A DNA stretch of 64,000 bases. It comes from Phoronis australis. Its lineage: Eukaryota; Animalia; Phoronida. Below the pieces are notes generated by a model, which searched no databases, was not told the origin of the DNA, and saw only the letters and a program-made list of their open reading frames with translations. Below, one piece after another: positions 12,389-24,190 of the stretch (positions are counted from its first letter, which is position 1; each line of letters opens with the position of its first letter). A program made the translations under genes and the position numbers. The stretch lies in NCBI GenBank assembly GCA_002633005.1, contig NMRA01000227.1, positions 1-64,000 of the forward strand, written 5' to 3'.

Positions 12389-13442
12389 AGGTTAAAATTC
12401 ATCAATTAAATCATGTTTTCAGTTAAGAATAAACAAAAAATTATATACGACTTAGAATGACCTTGCCCTGTTAACTAACTAAATACGAATATCTAGTTAT
12501 AAGCTTAGCCTTTTAGTTTCATCAAATCAGTTATTCCTTACAGTGATAGAGTTCTGCTCCACTGATCACCTCATATCACAGGAGTGTGTACAGTGTGCCA
12601 TTTTCGAATTCGAACTGGGTTGACCATGCAACCCATTTTTGCGTTTACTTGAGTCATTGGTGTTTGGTGAGTGTTCTTGTTGGTATGCCGGCGAGAAATA
12701 AAATCTCCTATTATAAAAAGTATTACGAGACTGATTTTGGTTTTTGTTAGCCAGCGAGACAGGGCAAAATGAAGCTTAAAAGGATATTAAAGCCGCTGTT
12801 CAAGGTTTCAAAAAAATCCTCGTTCATTCACCTACTACATATATATGCGGGCGTCAATCGCGAAAGATAAAAGCAGGAATCAACTAAAAATTCGCACCGC
12901 TGGACATCATGANCCTAGGTTAAAATTCATCAATTAAATCATGTTTTCAGTTAAGAATAAACAAAAAATTATATACGACTTAGAAAGACCTTGCCCTGTT
13001 AACTAACTAAATACGAATATCTAGTTATAAGCTTAGCCTTTTAGTTTCATCAAATCAGTTATTCCTTACAGTGATAGAGTTCTGCTCCACTGACCACCTC
13101 GATCATATCACAGGAGTGTGTACAGTGCGCCATTTTCGAATTCGAACTGGGTTGACCATGCAACCCATTTTTGCGTTTACTTGAGTCATTGGTGTTTGGT
13201 GAGTGTTCTTGTTGGTATGCCGGCGAGAAATAAAATCTCTTTATAAAAAGTATTACGAGACTGATTTTGGTTTTTGTTAGCCAGCGAGACAGGGCAAAAT
13301 GAAGCTTAAAAGGATATTAAAGCCGCTGTTCAAGGTTTCAAAAAAATCCTCGTTCATTCACCTACTACATATATATGCGGGCGTCAATCGCGAAAGATAA
13401 AAGCAGGAATCAACTAAAAATTCGCACCGCTGGACATCATGA
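12389..13442. other. ~525-bp direct duplication across a single N, probably haplotype overlap at a contig join
   Basis: 12389-12912 and 12917-13442 are near-identical (a few SNPs, one small indel) and separated by N at 12913. Confidence 0.85.
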
Positions 13443-13651
13443 TCATTGGTGGATGGTTTCTTCCCACAGTTGCCATCGTAGGTCACACTTGCCAGCTTAG
13501 AAGACTTTAAGGAGTTTTCAATTTTTCCTCCAAATTTTTAGGGTTGTCGAGGGTTATTGAGCATTATTTTGTTCCAAAGAACTGGATGGGAAAGTCGCTT
13601 TAAGTATCTGTTGATAGGACAAAACCGGGTTTGGTATACTTTCAACATTTG

Positions 13652-13733
13652 CACCCGCCAGTACCCTTTACACCCGCCAGTACCCTTTACACCCGCCAGT
13701 ACCCTTTACACCCGCCAGTACCCTTTACACCCA
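13652..13733. repeat. Minisatellite, ~19-bp unit, 4 copies
   Basis: Unit CACCCGCCAGTACCCTTTA. Confidence 0.85.
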
Positions 13734-14226
13734 GAACTGCAACATTAGTGGATGGCTTGTTTTCTACTAGGCTTATTTCGTTGGGGGGATTTAAGTCTTT
13801 TTCTTGGTATGAATAACATATGCAATTGTCATTAAAATAACTGGCTGATTTCGCATTAGTTTAAAATTTTACTCGGACATAGACGGAATGCCCGAGTTTG
13901 CCGATCACTCTTCAGATAACTTGATATTGGTATGATTCATTCGGGCATGTATTTATTTACTTGCAGACCGTCGCATCGCCCTTGTGTTCTTATGTACGAC
14001 AGTTACACTACCAGTGCCAACTCCAATCCGCCATACTTGCAAGCCCTCGTAGCACCCCTATGTCCACGTGTACGTGGACCGTGACTACCGGTACCATTTC
14101 CACCCGCCATACTTCAGTGTAGACCTCAGTGTCCTACAGTTCAGATGGTGCCTGAAATATTGGGACTCGAGACTTCGAGATATTAGTTTCACGTTTTTCT
14201 TACAGATGCTCACATAACATGTAATC

Positions 14227-14362
14227 ATGGTAGACTTCCACTCTCAGTACAAGTTGTACCACTACAGGGCCACTGTGACTTCGCCTGCGCAGCCAGTTGA
14301 ATCCTATCGCGAGCTGTACAGAGAAAGCACGCCCCACCTGTTCAGATCACAACGACCCTTGG
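14227..14362 (+). CDS. NHL-repeat protein, putative first coding exon
   Basis: Acceptor TTCTTACAG at ~14205, ATG 14227 MVDFHSQYKLYHYRATVTSPAQPVESYRELYRESTPHLFRSQRPL, donor GTATGA. Phase 1 fits the next exon. Confidence 0.55.
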
Positions 14363-14627
14363 GTATGAGTTAGTACACTTTAATGCTAGCACGCTGCAAT
14401 TCGTGCGAAACCTAGCCTAATCAAGTTCCCGACAGTTATTTGATAAAAACCAGCTGATTGTTTTTGACAACTGCATGTTATCTGGACCACTTTTTGGTCG
14501 CAGCTTTTAAAGTATGTTCTACTATGTCTAAATTCAATAAAACACGCAAGGCATTGTTATTTTGTTGTGTCATGTTCTAATAAACATGCGGTTTAGGCGG
14601 TTACAGCTGATTTCATAAAGGTGGCTT

Positions 14628-14830
14628 AAAGTTAAACCTGGTTTAAACTGGACTTAGACCAGGTTTAAAGATAATCCGCATTTCATAAAGGTGGTTTAAC
14701 TTTTAGACCAGTGGTCTAGTAAAACCTGGTTTAACTCCAGTTTAGACCTAGTCGGTTTTCATTTCACCAACTAGGTCTATATTCTTTAGACCTGTATTAA
14801 GATCTTAAACCATGTTTAACTTTAAGCTTG
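14628..14830. mobile_element. Truncated palindromic MITE-like fragment
   Basis: Repeated ATTTCATAAAGGTGG and palindromic TTAAACCTGGTTTAA / AGACCAGGTTTAA motifs. Confidence 0.4.
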
Positions 14831-14953
14831 GTCAGACTTGCATGGTATGGGTACAACTGAATGATACCGCTTAGTACATTTGCGATGCTGTTTTAGAGCG
14901 AAAATGGACTATTTTCAGTATTCAGTTTTACTACGACATAAGATCAATAGTAG

Positions 14954-15110
14954 CAGGAGCGGACCTAGGATTTTTAAGGGGGGGGGCGGTCAAGGACTTT
15001 TTGAAAGGAGGGACCAAGTCAAACATTTGAAAATTATAGATTTGATATCACTAAAATCAAGGGAAAAAAGGGGGCTCCGGACCCCTTGACCCCCCCTGGA
15101 TCCGCCTATG
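14954..15110. mobile_element. hAT-like MITE with 5-bp TSD (family C)
   Basis: CAGGAGCGGACCTAGG ... CTGGATCCGCCTATG, TSD AGTAG/CGTAG. Confidence 0.7.
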
Positions 15111-15289
15111 CGTAGATCAGTGCGTGCTGGAGTGTGTCCTGTGGATTCCTCAGAATACGATTGGTCGAGCAGGGCGTCATCGTCGTCACCGCTACGGATT
15201 TGACCTAAGACAGCATCTTCTGATTCTTCTGAGTTTCACCTACACTGTTCTCCGATTTAATGTTGCCGGGAAGGGGTCTTGCCCCCCCC

Positions 15290-15937
15290 NNNNNNNNNNN
15301 NNNNNNNNNNNNNNNNNNNNNNNNNNNNNNNNNNNNNNNNNNNNNNNNNNNNNNNNNNNNNNNNNNNNNNNNNNNNNNNNNNNNNNNNNNNNNNNNNNNN
15401 NNNNNNNNNNNNNNNNNNNNNNNNNNNNNNNNNNNNNNNNNNNNNNNNNNNNNNNNNNNNNNNNNNNNNNNNNNNNNNNNNNNNNNNNNNNNNNNNNNNN
15501 NNNNNNNNNNNNNNNNNNNNNNNNNNNNNNNNNNNNNNNNNNNNNNNNNNNNNNNNNNNNNNNNNNNNNNNNNNNNNNNNNNNNNNNNNNNNNNNNNNNN
15601 NNNNNNNNNNNNNNNNNNNNNNNNNNNNNNNNNNNNNNNNNNNNNNNNNNNNNNNNNNNNNNNNNNNNNNNNNNNNNNNNNNNNNNNNNNNNNNNNNNNN
15701 NNNNNNNNNNNNNNNNNNNNNNNNNNNNNNNNNNNNNNNNNNNNNNNNNNNNNNNNNNNNNNNNNNNNNNNNNNNNNNNNNNNNNNNNNNNNNNNNNNNN
15801 NNNNNNNNNNNNNNNNNNNNNNNNNNNNNNNNNNNNNNNNNNNNNNNNNNNNNNNNNNNNNNNNNNNNNNNNNNNNNNNNNNNNNNNNNNNNNNNNNNNN
15901 NNNNNNNNNNNNNNNNNNNNNNNNNNNNNNNNNNNNN
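15290..15937. other. Assembly gap (N run)
   Basis: 648 N; the six ORFs crossing it are artefacts. Confidence 0.99.
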
Positions 15938-17609
15938 GGGGCATTTTTCACCGGTTTTGTTTCGTGTTGCAACCCATAAAGAGCGGACGGACATTCTGTG
16001 ACATTATGTGGTTTCTTTGGTTTAGTTAGCACCAGTGGTGAATTAGTGATAACTAGGGCCCCAGGCAGTGCTCAAGTTTGGGCCTTCTCATCCAAAATCG
16101 CTGGGCATTTCTAATGACTGGTACATTCCAAGTGTCAAAAGTCTCTCTCGCTCAGTTTAACGAAAAATCGGTTCTTAAAATTTCCAATAGGCCTAAGCGT
16201 TTCACGTCGACACTTGGCGGATTTACTGTGCTACTTAGTGCACTTAAATGATACTAAACCCTGCTCGGGTTTTGGACTATTCTTTGTTCTGTCACCTGCT
16301 AATGTGCTATTGACGTCCCACTTGAGTGATAAAAACAGGTTTCAAATTAAAACTGATACTTTCTTGGTAGAGTTCTATGGCCACAGATAAGAAGATATTA
16401 TGGTTCTTGGCAAGTGGCCTTTCCCGTTGTCTCGTAAACTGTCTAAAGCGTAGGTCATGTTTGCCCCAGATTTTGCAAGTGCAAATTGTGCTCGAAATAT
16501 TTGAGAGTGTCGAGGGTTACAAACCATTATGTTATTTTAGAGAACTGGATGGGAAAGTCGCTTTAAATATCTGTTAGTTGGCCAAAACCGGGTTTGGCCC
16601 CCTTTCAAGTACAGAACCCCGCGCCTAAGGGGCTCCCACATTGGGTGAATGAAGGTCTTCCGGTTAATGGGACGCGGCACTAACGTCGGACTAAATAAAA
16701 TATATAAAGGTGTAGAACCCACGTGAAAGAGGTGAGGACTAAGAAAACACCGACTGTGACGGTTCAGGTAGTGGGGAGATGGCCTCGCCATCTTCCTAAG
16801 TATAGAGAGTCACACTTTTCTGAATTTACCCCTGGGTCGAAAGACAGTAAACTTCTGTAACGCGGTTGCGTAGCCACTCACTCCCTGGTCTTGCTGGACA
16901 GCCGGGTGCGTTTAAACTGCTTGCCTTTCGTGTTTAGTTTTGATTGATTTTAATGCAAATAAGTTTTTGAAGAGGTTACATTTTTTCAGTTTTTACTAAT
17001 AAAGGGATCCCTTCCTCTGTGGGTCTCAAAATCAAAATATTTCGAGTGTTCTCGGCCAAGTCCAAATACTTAACTCGCTTTCCAAAATGGCCAAATGCGC
17101 TTTGAAAACTGCATAACGTCGTAATTATATGCTAACCTATTTAGTTTTTGTGAGGGGGATATTCATTTACCAAAGTGTTTTGTGAGGGGGATATTCATTT
17201 GCCAAAGTATTTTGTTTTTGGATATCACGTTGGAACTCTCAAATTACATTTGTGAGTAAGATGGTACCTCCAGGTCAGGTCGTTCAACAGGAGAGTCGCC
17301 AGTCATTTGTCTGAGAATTTTGCAAATACAAATAAGCAAGAACAACACACTCATGGTACGATGTCGAAGTATGTTTTGTGAAAAAGTTCAGAGAAATTGT
17401 TGAAATGTTATCTGAGATAAACTTCGAGTAATTGTGATCAACTTTGCACTTTTTATTCTTCCTTCAGTGTCACTTTTAAGGCGACACACGGCGACCTGGA
17501 GTTGAGTAGACAAAACTGCAGGATGTCACCGCGGCACATTGTCTTCGCCCCCAATCCCGCGCTTACGAAAATAGTTTGTTATATGTTTCCCTGTGCCTTC
17601 TCCTTCCAG

Positions 17610-17760
17610 TGCATGACTGCCGAGAACCTATTGTTCAGGATTTCAGCGATAAGCATGAATACGATGTGTTTATACTGTCTCAGGGTATCAAAGAGACGAG
17701 CAAAAGTAAAAAAGACATTCACGCAGTCGTTCAACGAGAGGGAGATGATTCAGTGGCAAA
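17610..17760 (+). CDS. NHL-repeat protein, internal coding exon
   Basis: Acceptor TTCTCCTTCCAG, VHDCREPIVQDFSDKHEYDVFILSQGIKETSKSKKDIHAVVQREGDDSVA, donor GTAAGT. Phases 1 to 2 fit both neighbours. Confidence 0.7.
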
Positions 17761-18561
17761 GTAAGTGAACCAACCATTAAGCCAGTTTTCAAACTTGCCT
17801 GGTTCGTCCACATAGACTCATACGGTCAATTATCCCTAGAAAACTTTGTTGGTTGTTATAAATGCTATCTCAATAATCCTGAACAGTGCGCATTTGGTTG
17901 AATCCGAGATCGTAAATTTTACAACTGAAATAGTAAATCAGGAAAAGTTAGCCGCAGCTAACCTCCCCGCAGTGAAACAATCGATAGACCCTAGTCTGTC
18001 CGTAATCACTGCGTGTCACTTAGAAACGCGAAGTCACCTTGTTAAAGAACCAAAACAAAGGGTTTTTGTCCAAAACATAAACCATAACAATGGTTCCATA
18101 CAAGGCTTGAGGAGTGCAACATTTGATCTTTTTATGAGTCATGTTTCTGTCAGTCGTAAATTTGCTTCATGAAAATACCATCGGAGAAAGAAAGTTTTGT
18201 TGCATTTAGGTTCGGTGTGTTTTGTTCGTCTACTTTGAGTTTTGAAGTTGTTTTGTCGAATATAAGTCGCCTTTGTAATCCGGGCTAGTCTTCAAGTGTG
18301 GTAACGGTCTGAGCTACTATCCGCACCGGAATATATATGCAATAGAACTGTGACGTAGGACTTGACATAACTTATTATTTACCTTGTCCTTGTAAAACGA
18401 TGATATGAATGTCACATTTTTCACCGGGATAGTACCAAAGTAAAACACTTCTTGTTTCTATGACACTTGTCCAAAGTGGAATTTATGAATTTAGTTGTAA
18501 AATGCACATGCCTGGGTATTGAACTTCAGTGCTAATAAGTTTCTCAACGTTTTATTTTCAG

Positions 18562-19519
18562 ACCAAACAAGCTAATTTACACTATCGGCAATAAAGGCCG
18601 TGATAAAAATGAATTCCTATGGCCTCGAGGACTTGCCATCAGCTCCGAAACAGGCGATCTGTTTATCGCTGACTGCGGAAATCACCGGGTGAAGATTTAT
18701 AACAATCATGGCGTACTGAAACACGTCTTTGGTGTTAAGGGAAAAGGAACGGGGGAATTCAACGAGCCCTGTGACGTAGTTGTTCTTCCAGACGAAACAA
18801 TCGCTGTGCTTGACAAGAAAAATAAGCGAATCCAAGTTTTTGCTGTTTCAGAAATACCTGGCTCTTTTAATGCAAAATTTAAATACGAATTTCCCACGTG
18901 TGGTGTCCCAGTTCATTTGGCTTGTAACCATGATTACGATATAATTGTGTCCACGATGTCAAGATCCATAGAGGTGTACAGGCGAGGGGGGTCACTCTTA
19001 CATCGTTTTCGCGTTGATGACGAGCCCAGTGAAGGAGGTGCCCCATTGTTTCTGTGCACAAACGATAACAAGGAAATCATTATATCTGATCCCAGTCGTG
19101 GAACAGTTGGTATCTACACTCTCAATGGCCGCTTGTTGTACGGGTTTCGTCCACAAGCAGCCGGACTTGGTCTTACTGTTATTCCAGGAAGCGTTTGCGT
19201 AAACCTTCTTCAACAAATCATCGTCGTAGATTCGTTAAACCATACAATTAGTCAGTACACCGAGCGTGGTGTATTGTTGAAACAGATTCTTGCGCCACAA
19301 GACGACCTAGGTGCAGCACAGACATGCCTCCTGGGACCTGAAGGACATTTGGTAGTCACGGAATTCTCTGCCAACGGGCCACATCACTTTAAGATATTTC
19401 GTTATCGTGAATGTCAGTGCCATGCTACCAGACCTAACTCAAGCAAACGGAACAGACAGACAGAATCTGAGTCTCGGTTTGTGGTAGCGAGGCGCACGCC
19501 TACACCACAACAAGAGTAG
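18562..19519 (+). CDS. NHL-repeat (TRIM-NHL-like six-bladed beta-propeller) protein, last coding exon
   Basis: Acceptor TTTTCAG at 18561. NHL repeats IGNKGRDKNEFLWPRGLAIS..LFIADCGNHRVKIY, FGVKGKGTGEFNEPCDVVV..DKKNKRIQVF, IIVVDSLNHTISQY. Stop at 19519; AATAAA at ~19620 and ~19858. Confidence 0.92.
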
Positions 19520-20183
19520 GCCAGGGAATTTTCCTTTCGTAAACTAAATTCATTGTCGTGGAAAACGCCTGTCTTACTTTTCGATAGCATACAGGCTGTC
19601 TGATTTGAATATTTACGGTAATAAATCATGGTAACTGAACTGGAGGATTCGTACTTGCATATTTGGTTCCTTCATAATTTAGACCCATGCATGAAAAGCA
19701 TCACAGATTACCAAAATTCACATCTGTTGCTGCAGAGGTGGAGTAGAGATTGATTCATATTTCAGGCGGTTAGCTGTTTGGACACTGAGATATTCTCAAT
19801 ACATAGCACACGTTGTTTTTAATTTTTCGAGTAAAAACGCGAGTTTTGATTTGTGAAAATAAAGACATGCCAGCTACTGCTTAGTGTGAACGTAATTGAA
19901 ATGTCTTGAAGTGAAACCAATAGTTCCGTCCTCCAAGTACTGATTCAACATTTAAAGTGGTATTTCCACCTTAATACTTACAGCCTAAACATGAAAATCC
20001 TGAAGGCGGCGTAATTAACTACATTTTACTCTCAAAGTTTTCCTTTCACTGTTCACAAGAATAGTAACAAGTCTTTACCACCAACACGGGTTCAAGTATC
20101 ACCTGCTATTGATCCTGAAGAGGGCGTGCCCGTCTTGGAAAGACTATGAGACTCCTTTTTTCAGGACAATGCCCTGTGGTATG

Positions 20184-20340
20184 CAGTGGTGGATTTAGAG
20201 GGGGTCCATGCCCCCCCCCGCCTAAAACTCTCCCAGTTTCCTATTGGCAGTTCAGGGCTGGGAATGTCTGATGGGCAAAATCCTGGCTATGACTCAGCCC
20301 TGCCCCCCCCCAACTAAAAATCATGATGGATCCACCCCTG
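20184..20340. mobile_element. hAT-like MITE with 5-bp TSD (family C)
   Basis: CAGTGGTGGATTT ... GGATCCACCCCTG, perfect TSD GTATG. Confidence 0.8.
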
Positions 20341-20716
20341 GTATGTTTGAAGTCACTATTCATGGCATGGAAAGTATTTATCAGGTTAGCCTGCAATTTT
20401 TATGGACACTATTTGCCCGTGATATATTTGGCGATCCTCCAACATCAGTACCGCGATTTGAGCTCAGTGTGTAGTGTCTGTTGAAATACTAAACAGACAA
20501 CACCATCTTGTGTTTAATCAGTTCCGTGTACAAGAGGGGCTGAAAATTTTTCAACTCATTCAAATGTCCCCGGCCGCTTTTGGTGGACCGTTCCACTTTT
20601 CCGAAGGCGGTACGTTGCCCCGCCTCGTTCCGCTGCGCAAGCCGGCAGAAAGTGATGTAGTTGCGTATACATTTTTTCTTTTCGATACAATTTGTGTGAC
20701 TCAACAGCTAGCACCC

Positions 20717-20799
20717 CTCGCTGGTTCCCGGCTACGTACTTAGCCAGCACGCTTCGTGCTGGCTGCTGACCACCTAGCGGCACGCAGGGAACCAGCGAG
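20717..20799. mobile_element. Very short TIR element sharing termini with the 20875-24861 element
   Basis: CTCGCTGGTTCCC ... GGGAACCAGCGAG; its last ~30 bp are identical to 24833-24862. Confidence 0.55.
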
Positions 20800-22004
20800 A
20801 CCACCACCCCTCCGACTTTCGGTACAATCTCGCGCCTCCGCGTCAGTGGCGATTTTGTACTGCCCATCTTACCACTCGCTGGTTACCTGCGTGCTTAGCC
20901 CAACCAGCACGCAGGTATCACGCAGTGGCACGCGCTTTAGCATAGGTCGATGTAACCTCGGCAGTCACTGGTTAGCTTTACAACACCGTGAAAGAATGGC
21001 GGACTGTGAACGATACTAGCCTTGCCATGCAAGTGGCGTCGCCGCAGCAACTATTTCGTTTCTGCAGCCGAGTGATGTTTAATAGCCGCGTGCTTGAAGC
21101 ACATATGGCAGTACAGTGACATTTATGATCGACATATGTCCCGAATGATATATGGTAGTTCGTGCGTCGCGAGTTCGTTACCAGAAATGAAACTAAGACC
21201 TGGGTAGGCGATATAAGGTCATTTATTATGACTAATACAATTACAAGTAAGGTCATTTATATGACACATACAATTATAAGTAAGGTAGTTATATGACTAA
21301 TACAATACCAGTAATAGTTAGTGACTAAACATGAGTAAGGTAAAAAATACTAATTTCTGGTAAGATGGGCAAATAAAAAGCGCCGGTCACGTGGAGGTAC
21401 GAGGGAATGAGAGAAGGGGGAGGGTAGGGGGTGGTAAAATTTGAGAAGTTTTAGACGTACGTCGACGAGGCCGGAACGAAGGAGGTGACCAGAAAAAGAG
21501 GTTACAATAACAAATGTGGATTCCTAAGGACACATGACCAATCATCAGCCTGTGAGAGCCCCAGAGCTGACCAAACTGGGCACGTGATAACAATTGACCA
21601 ATGAGGCTGGGAGAACAACGAGTAGTCCTACACAAAGGAATAATGGACTAGACCGAATTGAGGGGGGAAAGGAGTAAGACAGGTCCATATGCTCACATAA
21701 ATATATTTAACGAGTGAAATACCATTTATGATCGACATATGTCCCGAATGATATATGGCAGTTCGTGCGTCGCAAGCTCGTTACCAGAGATGAAAATAAG
21801 ACCTGGGTAGGCGATATAAGGTCATTTATTATGACTAATACAATTACAAGTAAGGTAATTTATATGACACATACAATTATAAGTAAAGTAGTTACATGAC
21901 TAATATAATACCAGTAATAGTTAGTGACTAAACATGAGTAAGGTAAAAAATACTAATCTCTGGTAAGATGGGCAAATAAAAAGCAAGAGATGTAGTAAGA
22001 CAGC

Positions 22005-23330
22005 TCATGCCCGAGTTGTCGCACATGAAGAGGAGGCGGTGGTTGGCGAGTTTGTGACCCCAGATCTCAAGGGCGAGGACGATGGGGAAGAGTTCCTTGA
22101 AGGTAATGTGGAGGTCGGGTGTAGACGTTGGTCAGAGTCCCGCAAACCGAGAACGGCAGCAAAACCACCATGGACGGCAGCGGCGTCAGTGTAGAGTTTG
22201 ATGGATGAAGACGAAACCCATTTGTCGAAGAGAAGAAGTGATTTGCCATTGAAGTGCTCAAGGAAGAGGAGCCAGCAGCGTATGTCAGCGCGACCCTCGT
22301 TGTTGAGAGTTACATGATGGTGAGGAAGGTGGAGCCCCTTGGTGAGGTCAATGAGGCGGCGGAGAAAAGCACGTCCCGGCATGATTACGAGGCAGGCGAA
22401 GTTGAGGAGGCCGAGGAGTGATTGCATGTAGCGGAGCATGACTGCGTTTGCGTTGGAAGTGGTGCAGTAGCTCCGCGGCCTTGACGAGCTTGTCCTTGGG
22501 CAGGGAGGCAGACATGGTGGCAGTGTCGAGATGGATGTCGAAAAGGGTGAGGGCTGTAGTGGGATGAATGTTTTTCCCGGTTGATAGGGATACCGATGGA
22601 TGAACAGAAGAAGAGGAAATTTTTGATGTTGTGGGAACAGTTTGGGGATTGTGGTGGGCCGATGAAGAAAAAGTCATCGAGAAGGTGACAAGTACCAGCT
22701 GCGTGAAATTTAATTGGATTCCATGATCCACTGGAGGGATGTGCTGATATATCGTTCGAATATGTTGCAAGAGGAAGGTAAGCCGAAAGGGAGGCACCGG
22801 TCGTAATAGAACTGACCGTCCCAGGTAAAACCCAGGAACCTGTAGTCGGAGGGGTGGACGGGCACTAAGCGGAAGGCGTCTTGGATGTCGGTCTTGGCCA
22901 TGAGGGAATAGCGGCCAAAGGTGAGAATGGAGTTGATGGCCGATTGGACTGATTGATATTGAACCGCGGTGAGGTGAGGGGGAATGAAAGCACTGACGGA
23001 GTGGTGGTCGCGGGATGGGTAGGAAAGGTTGTGGATGAGGCGGAATTTGTTTGGCTCTTTTTTGGGGACGAGGCCCAGGGGGACACGATGAAATGGTGGT
23101 GAAGAAAATGGGCCCGCATTGCGGGATGCAGTAGTCTCCCTGGTGATTTTCTGGAGAGTGAGGAGAGGATTAGAGAGGGCAGGGGGGTGATTGTGAGGAG
23201 GTGGGGAGGGGAAGGTGGAGGTGACGCCAAGACAGAAACTGTGAGTGAAGCCGTCTAGAATGTAGTGAGTGAGGGACGGGTCGTAAACCTTGGAGGTAGA
23301 CTCTAAAGGAGTCGACGTTTATGGGGGTGG
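22005..23330 (-). pseudogene. Frameshifted DIRS/Ngaro reverse transcriptase-RNase H
   Basis: MAKTDIQDAFRLVPVHPSDYRFLGFTWDGQFYYDRCLPFGLPSSCNIFE, HLLDDF (~22680, alternate frame), LPKDKL, QSLLGLLNFACLVIMPGRAFLRRLIDL, LYTDAA, ITFKELFPIVLALEIWG..FMCDN. Many frameshifts. Confidence 0.9.
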
Positions 23331-24190
23331 GAAGGGGCGGAGGGGAATTTGCGGCAAGATTTGAGTGGGTGCTTGCCGTTGCAGGAGGAACAGGCATGGA
23401 GGTAGGGACACTGGGTGTTTGTGGGAGTTGTAGGACCAGCAATAGCCGGGGACGCGGCGGGAGGAAGGGTTACGGGTGGAGGGTTGTTGGGACCTGGGGG
23501 AAGTTTGAACCCACAGCTCCTGGTTGATGGTATGCCAGGGTGTACGGGTAGAAGAGCGAAGTTTGCGGAATTGCTGGTCGTAAAACATGGCATGGTGGAG
23601 TCCGAAGGTGGAGATAAAGTGCAAACATGATCGTCTGAGCATATTTGCACAAGTGGGGGGCCTGGTGGGGATGGGAGGTGGTGTAAATGGACATGTAAAT
23701 TAGGAAGGCCAGAAACCATTCGTTGGAGGCTTGAAAGGATTTCGATTTGGGGATGGAGGTGATGACCTGCTGGTCATCCTGGAGAGTAATGGACAGGACG
23801 GAGGAGGGGTGGGGTGCAGCACATGGTAAAAATCAACGAACTGGTCCGTAACAATAAGTTTACGAATTCTTCTCATCACGATTAAAACCCAAGGGTAAAG
23901 TGTCCTTACCAGATATGGGCGGCAGGCTGGATGGTAGAGCAAGGCTGATGACCGGGTGTGGAGACGGCAGCCGGTTGAGACGCTGGCGCAGCGGCAACAG
24001 GAGACGGTGAAGTGGTCGACGAGGATGGTGTCAAGACAGATGGGTCCTCCCGGAGTTGCGAGATGACAGTCGCCACGATGGTAGAGATATCGGTAGTCGG
24101 TGGAGCTAAGGCGGTGGAAGTTGTCGCCGGTGACGTTGGTGCCGGGCGAGCGTATGGTGAGCTTGAAGCCCGTGTCGATTTGCGAGGCAT
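23330..24190 (-). pseudogene. Frameshifted DIRS/Ngaro ORF1 (gag-like)
   Basis: MPRKSTRASSSPY..., IRKLIVTDQFVDF, YDQQFRKLRSS..WHTINQELW, and a Cys/His knuckle CWSYN..CPYLHACSSCNGKHP. Confidence 0.75.

Noticed and set aside
15124-16032. Six long ORFs of 234-301 aa
   Set aside because: They are read-through of the N gap.
17502-17768. 88-aa ORF as the NHL gene's upstream exon
   Set aside because: Its frame ends in phase 1 at the 17760 donor, which does not fit the 18562 exon. The alternative frame from acceptor 17609 fits both neighbours.
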